A stretch of DNA of 64,000 nucleotides from a virus, in the IMG/VR virus record IMGVR_UViG_3300020200_000014, positions 1-64,000 of that record; one strand, written 5' to 3'. Shown piece by piece: positions 9,642 through 18,167 of this stretch. Each line of letters starts with the position of its first letter. Position 1 is the first letter of the stretch. Below the pieces are notes generated by a model. That model did no database searches. It was not told the origin of the DNA and was given only the letters and a program-made list of their open reading frames with translations. A program made the translations under genes and the position numbers.

Positions 9642-10215
9642 GAAAGTAGCAAATTGGGTTATAGAATATATGCCAGATAATTACCAGGAAATGGTATATG
9701 TTGATCCATTTTGTGGTTCGCCAATGGTCTTGCTTTATAAAGAACCTTCAAAAGAAGAAATAATCAACGATATAAATCCCGACATCACTAATAGTCTAAG
9801 GCTTCTAAGGGATCAAGCAGATGAAGTGAAAACAAGATTAAACAAGAAGCTTAAAGAAACTGATGAGTTTTACCCCCTTATTAATTGCTTTTCTGAAATT
9901 AAAAAGAAGAAGGAAAAATTAGTTGAAGTAAGTGATAGGCTCAACAAAGTTTACATATTAAATAAAAATGCTATGATTGTTTTAAAGGCTTTCAATAATG
10001 CAGATTCTTTAGTTTATATAAATTTACCAAAACAAGACAGTCAATTTGCTCTTTCTGAAGATGGGCATATAGATTTGGCTAACTTACTTAGAAATTTCAA
10101 AGGAAAATCTATACTGGTAACGCCTCACACGAATTTCTACAATCGTATCTATAAAGACTGGAGAACGGCTAAAAATAAAGAGGTTGAAAACGAAATATTA
10201 AGGTATAACTACTAA
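9595..10215 (+). CDS. Dam/D12-class DNA adenine methyltransferase-like protein, degenerate
   Basis: YVDPFCGS and EIINDIN present; DPPY replaced by NLPK. Confidence 0.7.
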   Translation: MRRKLKNLLKENRISKKVANWVIEYMPDNYQEMVYVDPFCGSPMVLLYKEPSKEEIINDINPDITNSLRLLRDQADEVKTRLNKKLKETDEFYPLINCFSEIKKKKEKLVEVSDRLNKVYILNKNAMIVLKAFNNADSLVYINLPKQDSQFALSEDGHIDLANLLRNFKGKSILVTPHTNFYNRIYKDWRTAKNKEVENEILRYNY

Positions 10216-10413
10216 ATGACCTTTAAGCAGTGGTTAGAATGGGAAGGAAATAGATTCGATCAAGAAACAGATTTAGTCAATGGGCCAGCTTATCCAAATA
10301 GCAAATATAAAGGCCCAGGTGATCCAGAAGTGAATAAAACGACCAAATCAAAAGACATTGGTAAAAAATTTGGCTTTTCTAAGTATGATGACCTTCTTAA
10401 ATTTAAAAAATAA
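10216..10413 (+). CDS. small putative internal virion protein
   Basis: MTFKQWLE start. Confidence 0.6.
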   Translation: MTFKQWLEWEGNRFDQETDLVNGPAYPNSKYKGPGDPEVNKTTKSKDIGKKFGFSKYDDLLKFKK

Positions 10414-10455
10414 TTAAATAGTAATAAATAGAATAGATATTTTGAAAGGAATAAA

Positions 10456-10743
10456 ATGGCGAATCCTACTTGGCCAGTCTACACATTTAGAGTAAAGCTT
10501 GAGACATTGCAGCGTTATGGTTGGGCATTGCCTTATAATGCTTGGCCCGTTGGCAATGAAACTGTCTCCGAGGCAGATGAGATGAAGTATACTCGTACTA
10601 CTTTCTTCCCTTTAATGAATAATGTGCAAAATTTAGTTGATACACATGGAGAAGAATTTACTCTTTATGGCATTCAGGCTGTAAAGTTTAAGAATACTTT
10701 CGTTACAGGCGCAGCAGACGATGTTTTCGAACTCGTATCATAA
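10456..10743 (+). CDS. hypothetical (possibly structural) protein
   Basis: AAGGA SD; 95 aa ORF. Confidence 0.6.
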   Translation: MANPTWPVYTFRVKLETLQRYGWALPYNAWPVGNETVSEADEMKYTRTTFFPLMNNVQNLVDTHGEEFTLYGIQAVKFKNTFVTGAADDVFELVS

Positions 10744-10751
10744 GGATAAGA

Positions 10752-11033
10752 ATGTTTAGTTTCAGACAATTATTAGAAAGTATGCAAGATCATACGGATT
10801 CTATCGAGTCTGAAGCTACTAATGCAATCAGAACCGGGTTAAATATAAGAGAAGACTTTTGGGATGATTTCATTAGTCTATGCAACAACACAAATGCAGT
10901 TGCAACTCTTCTTGGGGTCAGACCGGAACAAGTGGGAAGTTGGGGAAGTAAAATCAGAGAAAAACTAGATAATGTTAAAATCTCTGACGTGCCAGATAAT
11001 AAAACTAAAGTCATTGACACAGGAAACTTATGA
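10752..11033 (+). CDS. putative internal virion protein
   Basis: MFSFRQLLES start. Confidence 0.6.
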   Translation: MFSFRQLLESMQDHTDSIESEATNAIRTGLNIREDFWDDFISLCNNTNAVATLLGVRPEQVGSWGSKIREKLDNVKISDVPDNKTKVIDTGNL

Positions 11034-11341
11034 TCAAATACAAAGAATGGCAAGAGGCAACAGCAGCATCTATACAACAAAACAAAGAATTTCCTGACGA
11101 TTCTGATTGGGAGTTCTATAAGACAAGGATTCAAGGAAGAGTAAGGCAATATTTAACATGGCTTACAGATGCACTTAGAGACCAACCTAACAATTTAGTA
11201 AGGAAAGGTTTCATCTTGCAAGAAATAATGGATGCTTTAGGTGTAACTCCACAACAAGCAATGACAATTACTTCTAACATCAAACATGCCCTTCAAAAGA
11301 AAAACTCCATAACAAAATATGCAGCCTGGTACCTTTTCTAA
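11030..11341 (+). CDS. putative internal virion protein
   Basis: MIKYKEWQEA start; ATGA coupling. Confidence 0.6.
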   Translation: MIKYKEWQEATAASIQQNKEFPDDSDWEFYKTRIQGRVRQYLTWLTDALRDQPNNLVRKGFILQEIMDALGVTPQQAMTITSNIKHALQKKNSITKYAAWYLF

Positions 11342-11359
11342 AGGAATGTCACCATAACT

Positions 11360-12301
11360 TTGGGCATTATAATGGCAGTTGATTTAAAAAGATTAGAGCA
11401 AATAAACAAAAGATTTAGAAGATTTATGCCAATGCCTGTGGCTAAATCAGGCGATCTAATTCACAAAGTAGAAGCTTGGATTGCCAGCGATGATCACACT
11501 TATTATATGGGTTTTGGGGGCATTGGTGATTTTGTTATATTATTAGCAGCTTGTTGGAATGACGATAAAGCTAGAATTTTATTCTTTAGTAATCCCCACA
11601 GTACAGAATTAATCAAAGAATTCATCCAATTATTCAAAAAAAATGCATTAGTCTTAAACAATATAATGGGCAGTAAAGTTGCCAATACCGTTTATGAAAT
11701 GATTAAAAGAAAGCCTACTTTCCGCACATCTGGACATTTAGCAGATAGACTAGACTATGGTGATTGGATTAATGAAAACAAATATAAAGAAAGAATTATA
11801 AGTTCTGCACCGTGGACCGAGTTATTAGGAAAGGTAGAAACAGATAAAAAGATACTGATATTAGCCCCATCTGGATCAGAAAGAACTGCTTTAAAACAAA
11901 GATATCTAAATCGCAATGAACATAAGGACATAATTAGAAAATATCTAGATTTGAATTATATGGTTTATAACATAGGGTCAGAATCAGATTGTGCTTATTA
12001 TGGATTACCTGATAGCTGTTACTGGATGAGCAGCAAAAAAATAACTTCTAAAAAAGAAACTAAAGCAATAAATCTAAAAGAAATGCTACAAATAATCAAT
12101 TCAGCGGCAAAAGTTATTTCTATGGATACTTGGCTTAAAACCTATACTTTAATTAGCAATATACCCACAATAGTTGTAAAAACCAGACATGGCAACAAAT
12201 ATCAAAAATATGGCGAAGATGTGAATGATTATATATTCTTGAACAAAAATATATGGTCTAATATAAACATGATGACTATTGAGGAGATTCTAAAGCAATA
12301 A
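11360..12301 (+). CDS. GT-B (GT9-like) glycosyltransferase-like protein
   Basis: GFGGIGDF, LILAPSGS, KVISMDT. Confidence 0.6.
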   Translation: MGIIMAVDLKRLEQINKRFRRFMPMPVAKSGDLIHKVEAWIASDDHTYYMGFGGIGDFVILLAACWNDDKARILFFSNPHSTELIKEFIQLFKKNALVLNNIMGSKVANTVYEMIKRKPTFRTSGHLADRLDYGDWINENKYKERIISSAPWTELLGKVETDKKILILAPSGSERTALKQRYLNRNEHKDIIRKYLDLNYMVYNIGSESDCAYYGLPDSCYWMSSKKITSKKETKAINLKEMLQIINSAAKVISMDTWLKTYTLISNIPTIVVKTRHGNKYQKYGEDVNDYIFLNKNIWSNINMMTIEEILKQ

Positions 12302-12671
12302 TTTTCTTATTTAACATGTCAGCCTGTTCATATTTTTCGTCAGCAATAGCTTTGTTCAATTGTTTCTTTAATAATAAAATTTGTTCAACAGATGGCATAA
12401 ACTCCAAATCCGATAACTTATTTTTACAAACTTTGCCAGTATGTCTTACAGCGTTATGAATTTGGTGCAAAGAAGGGACCAACTCTTCCCTATAATGTTC
12501 GTAACAAAAAGAACATCCTAATCTTGATTTTTCTATCAATTCTTGCAATCCTAAACCACATATGGGACATGGTTTTTTTGTAAATACAGGTTGAATCTTC
12601 TGCGGCATTTTTTCTTTAGCCTTTTGCAGACTTATAAGAAAATCAAAAAATCCTTGAAGAAAAGAACCCAT
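12276..12671 (-). CDS. McsA-like protein (CxxC pairs plus UVR coiled coil)
   Basis: CPICG...RLGCSFCY...HTGK...LNKAIADEKYEQA. Confidence 0.8.
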   Translation of the reverse strand: MGSFLQGFFDFLISLQKAKEKMPQKIQPVFTKKPCPICGLGLQELIEKSRLGCSFCYEHYREELVPSLHQIHNAVRHTGKVCKNKLSDLEFMPSVEQILLLKKQLNKAIADEKYEQADMLNKKIIALESPQ

Positions 12672-13174
12672 TATTTTGCTTTGCCTTTAATATATTTAAT
12701 TCTATTTAAATAAAAATCCTGTTCCTTGGCAGTAAATTTATTTCGAAATTTAGAAAAGGTATAAGTCGCTCTCATCTCCCATTTAGCTATTAGTTCCTTC
12801 CTAATAACTTTAATATCAGAAATAAATTTTTCGTAATTGGCCTTTTTTGGGGCTTCATCTTCCTTAGCTAAACTACCGTCATCTTCAGGAGCATTGTCGA
12901 GTCTTTTTTGCCATAAAGTCTGCACAGCTTCTAGTTTATAAACTATTTCTTCTAATGTGGTTAAAAGGAATACGCTTTGCTCAAATGCACTTAAATTTTT
13001 AAATTCTATAAATTTTCCAGTTTTCTTATCTTTAAATTTTATTTTTTTGTTGTAGAAATCAATATCTTCTATGTTTTTGTTTATTTGTTTATATTGATTG
13101 ATTTTTTCTGTATATTGACTTGACGTAAAAACGGATACTTGGGCTAAAACTAAAAAAGGTAATAGAATTTTCAT
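12671..13174 (-). CDS. hypothetical exported protein
   Basis: N-terminal signal-like MKILLPFLVLAQ. Confidence 0.55.
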   Translation of the reverse strand: MKILLPFLVLAQVSVFTSSQYTEKINQYKQINKNIEDIDFYNKKIKFKDKKTGKFIEFKNLSAFEQSVFLLTTLEEIVYKLEAVQTLWQKRLDNAPEDDGSLAKEDEAPKKANYEKFISDIKVIRKELIAKWEMRATYTFSKFRNKFTAKEQDFYLNRIKYIKGKAK

Positions 13175-13204
13175 ACCTTCATTATAGTATTCTAAAAATC
13201 AAAA

Positions 13205-14035
13205 TCAAGGCGAAGTTCCTTCTACATTCAGAATATAATTATCTAATAAATGTGCTACAGTGCCTTCTGGAGTAATTCTTCTTACCCACACCGGAAATGA
13301 ATCGCCAGGCAATAAATTTCCTAAAGAAATAGGGCTACCCCTCAAAGGATAGCTAAATTCAATGCCTGCTGGGGCTGTTTCTTTGTCAGCAATAGTCACT
13401 GCCACAGTGTTGACAGGTTTTCCTTGTTGATATTGTGTTACAGTAAAACTTTGTCCACCCAAATCAGTAGGAGAAATAACTGAAATTAAACTAATGTCTT
13501 TACTTCCTGATTGTTGTCTGAAATTAATAGTAAAAACAACATCTGTAGGGAACCCAATTTCACCAGCATATTCAATTATTACCTCAGCAAGACTATCTAA
13601 GCCACGCACTTCAGTCTGAAAATTTCCCTGCCAGATAGTAGGAATAACATGATATGGTATAGTTACATCCCCGAATTCAGCAAAAGATAAAGTCATAACT
13701 TCACCTTCATTTGGCGGTTTAGTGCCTTGAATTTCTAATTTTTGAATTTCATTTATTGCAGGAATACCAATATCAATAAATGAACCACCCTTTTTTTCGG
13801 AATCTATGTAAAGAACTGCATTTCTTAATGTGTCTGTAGGATGAGTATTGTTTATATAAAAACAACGATAATCTATTAATCCTTCTCTACTTTCTTTAGG
13901 GGTTAAATCATCAAAAAGATTATTCAAGGCAGTCAAATCCAAAGCACAACCAGAATTAGTCCCTCCTAAGTCTAAATCAGGGTCGCAATTAGCTAACCCT
14001 CCAGAATGTGTAAAAACTATATCATTAGGTGTCAT
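13205..14035 (-). CDS. putative virion structural protein (paralog of 14032-15081)
   Basis: DPDLDLGG, NNLF, YRCFYI, LLPGDSFxVWVxR shared with neighbour. Confidence 0.6.
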   Translation of the reverse strand: MTPNDIVFTHSGGLANCDPDLDLGGTNSGCALDLTALNNLFDDLTPKESREGLIDYRCFYINNTHPTDTLRNAVLYIDSEKKGGSFIDIGIPAINEIQKLEIQGTKPPNEGEVMTLSFAEFGDVTIPYHVIPTIWQGNFQTEVRGLDSLAEVIIEYAGEIGFPTDVVFTINFRQQSGSKDISLISVISPTDLGGQSFTVTQYQQGKPVNTVAVTIADKETAPAGIEFSYPLRGSPISLGNLLPGDSFPVWVRRITPEGTVAHLLDNYILNVEGTSP

Positions 14036-15081
14036 GATTCGTCCGCAGTTAAAGTTATAGTAAAATTACCAGTACATCCTGGCGTTCCTGCTCCCGTATC
14101 TCTCTTTACCCATACAAAAAAACTATCTCCAGGCAATAAAGTTCCTACGTCCAAAGTATTATCTTCATCCCAATCTGGCTCATCTGTTGGAGATTCTATT
14201 ACTTCAGCTATTTGTTGTATAGGTGATCCATCCGTAACCTTAGTTATTTCTACAACGGCTGTTTTTTGGGGAGTAGTCAAATCAACCCACACTTCGTCGC
14301 CAGGCACAAGATTAGTAGTTAATGGAGTAGTTAAGTAAAATGTATCATCAATATAAGAAATATAATTCATATGATCAAAAGAATCGGTAGATACATTAAA
14401 AACATTAACTATTCCACTATCAGGTGCTTGGATTGGGTATATTACTTTTACTTGGGTATCTCCAGAACCATTAAATGGATCAGCACTAATGTAGCTTGCC
14501 ACTCTATATTCTGGCCCTTGTTGAGAAACAAAATTGTTTTGCAAAAGTTGGATTAGTCCTACTTTTCTATTTTGAGCAACACCTGCAAATTCTACTAGAT
14601 AAGATATTACCGGCCCTCCTTCGTAAGTTACAGTTACATCATCGCACAAAAAAGTCATTCTAATTTTTGTTTGTATTTCATTTGCAAAAGTAGCGGCTGA
14701 ACCTGTCCAATAACATGTAAAAGGCGACCCAAATTCTGTTTGAAGGATAATATATCCTCCAACATCAGGTGTGCTAAAAACAGTTATTCTTTGCTGATCA
14801 TTCTCCAATTTAGACCCTATATCGATTGTAGAACAAAGATCATCCGAAGTTAATGTCAATAATACATTTGTATAAGTAATATCTGGTTTTTTATTAGCTA
14901 TGTAGAAGCAACGATAGTCAATATAACCATCTGTTGCGTCACTAGGCTTCACATCGCTAAACAAGTTGTTCATCGGATTTATAGCAATTTCAAACTTGGA
15001 TTGATTGCCACCAAGGTCTAAATCTGGGTCTTTATTATCCAACGAATTCGAATGAAGCCATTTTATCTCTTGTTCTGCCAT
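14032..15081 (-). CDS. putative virion structural protein (paralog of 13205-14035)
   Basis: Same conserved blocks with an extra internal segment; acidic beta-rich. Confidence 0.6.
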   Translation of the reverse strand: MAEQEIKWLHSNSLDNKDPDLDLGGNQSKFEIAINPMNNLFSDVKPSDATDGYIDYRCFYIANKKPDITYTNVLLTLTSDDLCSTIDIGSKLENDQQRITVFSTPDVGGYIILQTEFGSPFTCYWTGSAATFANEIQTKIRMTFLCDDVTVTYEGGPVISYLVEFAGVAQNRKVGLIQLLQNNFVSQQGPEYRVASYISADPFNGSGDTQVKVIYPIQAPDSGIVNVFNVSTDSFDHMNYISYIDDTFYLTTPLTTNLVPGDEVWVDLTTPQKTAVVEITKVTDGSPIQQIAEVIESPTDEPDWDEDNTLDVGTLLPGDSFFVWVKRDTGAGTPGCTGNFTITLTADES

Positions 15082-15100
15082 TGTACTGATTTAGTAATAT

Positions 15101-15847
15101 TTAGCTGTTAATTGAATGGAATGTCCAGAAATCATCAGCAAATTTCTTGTCTTCTATTAGACTATAAGGCATTTTAAAATAACCCTTTAGACCCCATTTT
15201 TTACCCCAACTATTTCTGACTATAAAATATTCAGGAGTATATCCAACACATTCGGTGGCATGACCTCCGAGCAATTGTTCATTTTTAGCAGGAATAGGCA
15301 TAATGCCTGTCCTTGCTACATCCAAAGTCATAAAACTTTCATAAACATTAAAACCAAAAACAAATGGAAAACCAGCAGCAAGACAATTCTTCATACTATT
15401 TATATCTTGCGCAACTTTGAAATATTGAGTTATTTTATGTTTACTTGCATACTCAATAGTTTTTTTATCTGGCTGTTCTTTGAATTTAACTATATCATAT
15501 GGCCACAACCACTCAGCAGGTGTGCCAATTTTATTTAGAACCTTAACAGCAGTTCTTAAACTCGTTCCTGCATCTTCTTGAATGGTATTATCCAACATCC
15601 TTGCCCAATAATAAATAGCAAGCCTAGCAGGACGATATACCTTCAATTTATACTTAATCATTAAAAATTGAACTAAACCACTAACGGCATTTGCTGTACA
15701 ACTACCTAAATCAAGCTGATCATAAACTACTGGACAGTTATACTTTAAATCAATTGAAGGGGGCAGGAAAAGATTGAAATTGCAGGAGTATGCATAATCA
15801 CGACCATCAGGTTTGCTAGGAACCCATCCAAAATGTTTCTTCAACAT
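15101..15847 (-). CDS. papain-like C1 cysteine peptidase (xylellain-like)
   Basis: DQLDLGSCTANA, GGHA, VRNSWG. Confidence 0.9.
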   Translation of the reverse strand: MLKKHFGWVPSKPDGRDYAYSCNFNLFLPPSIDLKYNCPVVYDQLDLGSCTANAVSGLVQFLMIKYKLKVYRPARLAIYYWARMLDNTIQEDAGTSLRTAVKVLNKIGTPAEWLWPYDIVKFKEQPDKKTIEYASKHKITQYFKVAQDINSMKNCLAAGFPFVFGFNVYESFMTLDVARTGIMPIPAKNEQLLGGHATECVGYTPEYFIVRNSWGKKWGLKGYFKMPYSLIEDKKFADDFWTFHSINS

Positions 15848-15857
15848 ATAGTATATA

Positions 15858-16250
15858 ATGTTAATGCAGTTTAAAAAGTGGTTCTATCTAAGAGAAGATT
15901 CAGATAGGACAATGGCTAAGTCTGGCTTATACCCTTTGTCTTATGGTGCAGGACAGTATCCACCAATTTATTTCATTCCAAGTGCTGCCGATGCCATATA
16001 TTATTTGACAGCAGATGATAGATTGTTCAAAGATCATGAACCAGCACCTTTTGATATAACACATATACCAGCAACAAAAAATGTAATTCCACCTAAATTT
16101 AACGGTCCAGGTGGAAAAGTAATTAAACCAAATCTAAATGATCCTATTGAAAAACCAAACTATAAAATACCTCCAGGAAAAGTAGTGAAACCAACTAAAT
16201 GGGTTAAATTAGTTACAAATCCTAAACTACTTGACCCAAAAGACCATTGA
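15858..16250 (+). CDS. putative internal virion protein (paralog of 17946-18167)
   Basis: MQFKKWFYLRE; YPxSYxxGxYPxxYFxPxAADA block. Confidence 0.6.
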   Translation: MLMQFKKWFYLREDSDRTMAKSGLYPLSYGAGQYPPIYFIPSAADAIYYLTADDRLFKDHEPAPFDITHIPATKNVIPPKFNGPGGKVIKPNLNDPIEKPNYKIPPGKVVKPTKWVKLVTNPKLLDPKDH

Positions 16251-16280
16251 AATTTGCAAACTTTATGATATGATTCTGAT

Positions 16281-16637
16281 ATGTCAATTCATCTTATCCT
16301 AAATATTTTATTTGCACATTATGTTGGAGACTTCATTTGTCAAACAAAATGGCAAGCTACCAATAAATCTAAAAATATATTGGCATTATTATTACATGTA
16401 ACTACCTATTCTTTGACTATTTTTGCAATTCTCTGGTATCAATTTGATTTGAATACACTTGTTTATTGGACGCTTCTAAACTTTATTGGACATTTTGCTG
16501 TAGATTTTGTAACTAGTAAAATTACCAGCCATTTCTATACAAAAGGAAATATGCATCCTTTCTGGATCACTATAGGATTTGACCAGTTTCTACATTACAC
16601 AATATTACTGTCAATGGCTCAATGGTTAATCAACTAA
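16281..16637 (+). CDS. DUF3307-like membrane protein
   Basis: AHYVGDFICQ, HFAVD, GFDQFLH; hydrophobic helices. Confidence 0.8.
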   Translation: MSIHLILNILFAHYVGDFICQTKWQATNKSKNILALLLHVTTYSLTIFAILWYQFDLNTLVYWTLLNFIGHFAVDFVTSKITSHFYTKGNMHPFWITIGFDQFLHYTILLSMAQWLIN

Positions 16638-16777
16638 GATTTTTGCGACTTAATAGCTTCTTTAATATCATCTTTAGTTAAATGTTCAACCTTTTTATTG
16701 TTTCTTTGCGCCCATTCAACCACTTTGAGGATAAGCTTTTCCCTCCTCTTGACTAACCAAAAATTTCTTAATATCAT
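16634..16777 (-). CDS. small hypothetical protein (47 aa)
   Basis: MILRNFW...KSQKS read manually; TTGCAA-16-TATAAT upstream. Confidence 0.5.
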   Translation of the reverse strand: MILRNFWLVKRREKLILKVVEWAQRNNKKVEHLTKDDIKEAIKSQKS

Positions 16778-16830
16778 AATTAACTATTATAATTTAAATA
16801 ATTTAGATTGCAATGCTTAAAAATTAAATA

Positions 16831-16860
16831 AAAAAGACCACTAATTTCTCAGTGGTCTTC
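16831..16860 (-). terminator. rho-independent terminator
   Basis: AAGACCACT-aatttctc-AGTGGTCTT with flanking A-run (U-run on minus), after 16885-17640. Confidence 0.75.
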
Positions 16861-16884
16861 TATGATTAAGAGCCTTGCGACTCG

Positions 16885-17640
16885 TTACTTTTTATACTTA
16901 GCTGCCCATTCATTAAAATTGCTTCCAAGGCGTCCTGTAGGGGCAAATCCGACTTCTCCAGCTTGAGGTTCTGCGATGTCCTTGTTAGGGTCTGTAGGAG
17001 CTATAACAGCATCCTCTGTGACAGGAACCCACTTGCCTTCCTCATCAAGCTGAAAATATGTTCCTCCAGCTTGTTTCTTAAGATTATTGAAGAATTCTCT
17101 ATCTTCTTTCTTCATTTTCTTTTTCATCATCATAGCAGACATAGGAGGTTTCTTTTTCATCATCATAGCAGACATAGGAGGTTTCTTTTTCATCATAGGC
17201 TTGCCCATTGGTTTATCCATAGGTTCATCCATGCCTTCTTCTTCGCCACCTTCTTCGTCTCCCATATCCTCATCGCCCATGTCATCGCCTTCATCATCAC
17301 TGTCAAGCTCATCGTCCATATCCTCATCGCCCATGTCGTCTAAATCAGCTGTGTCTCCTGGCTCAACGTCACCCTCTCCAGAACCTAATTCATCGCCCAT
17401 AGGAGCTAATGGCTTCTTTTTTTTCTTAGGCATCATTCCCATGCCCATATCATCACCACCCATATCATCACCACCCATATCATCACCACCCATGTCATCA
17501 CCTAATTTGGGAGTTGGCATCATTCCCATCTCATTCCAACGATTCTGTAATTCGCCTATCTTTTGGGTAGTTCCAGTACCAATTGGGAAAGAATAACCTA
17601 AGTTCTCATTAATCTGCTTCCACTCTTTATAGCTTATCAT
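16885..17640 (-). CDS. acidic Met/Gly/Asp-rich low-complexity protein, probable scaffold/internal head protein
   Basis: MISYKEWKQINE start; GDDMG repeats; AGGAG SD. Confidence 0.65.
   Translation of the reverse strand: MISYKEWKQINENLGYSFPIGTGTTQKIGELQNRWNEMGMMPTPKLGDDMGGDDMGGDDMGGDDMGMGMMPKKKKKPLAPMGDELGSGEGDVEPGDTADLDDMGDEDMDDELDSDDEGDDMGDEDMGDEEGGEEEGMDEPMDKPMGKPMMKKKPPMSAMMMKKKPPMSAMMMKKKMKKEDREFFNNLKKQAGGTYFQLDEEGKWVPVTEDAVIAPTDPNKDIAEPQAGEVGFAPTGRLGSNFNEWAAKYKK
17117..17197. repeat. 33-bp coding tandem repeat (MKKKPPMSAMM x2+)
   Basis: ttcatcatcatagcagacataggaggtttcttt repeated. Confidence 0.85.
17444..17502. repeat. 15-bp coding tandem repeat (GDDMG x4)
   Basis: cccatatcatcacca units. 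Confidence 0.85.
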
Positions 17641-17678
17641 TTTAACTCCTATTATGGTTTAATTATATATACTTATAC

Positions 17679-17861
17679 CTATGGTTTTACCAAAGCTTTT
17701 AACAACTCTTCTCTACGTTCTTTGCTAATTACTCGTTTGCTATCATTTTCTGGATTCTTAGAGAAAGAGCTAAAATTTGTAGCCACTTTGTTGATAGACT
17801 TCTGCAATTTGCTTTGGACTGGCCTATTAGCAAAATTATTTTTATTGCACCCGCAACCCAT
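17679..17861 (-). CDS. small protein with MGCGC N-terminus
   Basis: 60 aa; TAAATA 5 nt upstream. Confidence 0.6.
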   Translation of the reverse strand: MGCGCNKNNFANRPVQSKLQKSINKVATNFSSFSKNPENDSKRVISKERREELLKALVKP

Positions 17862-17945
17862 AAATTTATTTAGTCTAAATAAGCTTAATATTTTACTAAT
17901 TCAAGCTTATATATAATTAAGTATTTGATCGGAGATTTAATTATT

Positions 17946-18167
17946 ATGAAAACATTCTCACAGTGGGCCGCAGAAAATAAGTACGAATTACCAGAACTTA
18001 CAGAAAATGCAACGAAAAGGGCTGGAATTGCAGGTTGGGCCTATCCAAGTTCATACGTGCGAGGGTTATATCCCGATTTATATTTTACTCCATATGCCGC
18101 TGACGCTCCATTCAAGTTAAGTCAAAAACCATCTGATAAAGCTGCACCTGAAGGGACGCCCGGTTAA
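17946..18167 (+). CDS. putative internal virion protein (paralog of 15858-16250)
   Basis: MKTFSQWAAE start after GGAG; shared YP...AADA block. Confidence 0.65.
   Translation: MKTFSQWAAENKYELPELTENATKRAGIAGWAYPSSYVRGLYPDLYFTPYAADAPFKLSQKPSDKAAPEGTPG

Noticed and set aside
17087-17596. Alternative ORFs 17087-17596 and 16963-17343 (+) and similar antisense ORFs (e.g. 1219, 10790, 14006, 20252, 37345, 47626, 55026, 62070)
   Set aside because: Shadows on the opposite strand of better-supported genes, often caused by low-complexity codon patterns
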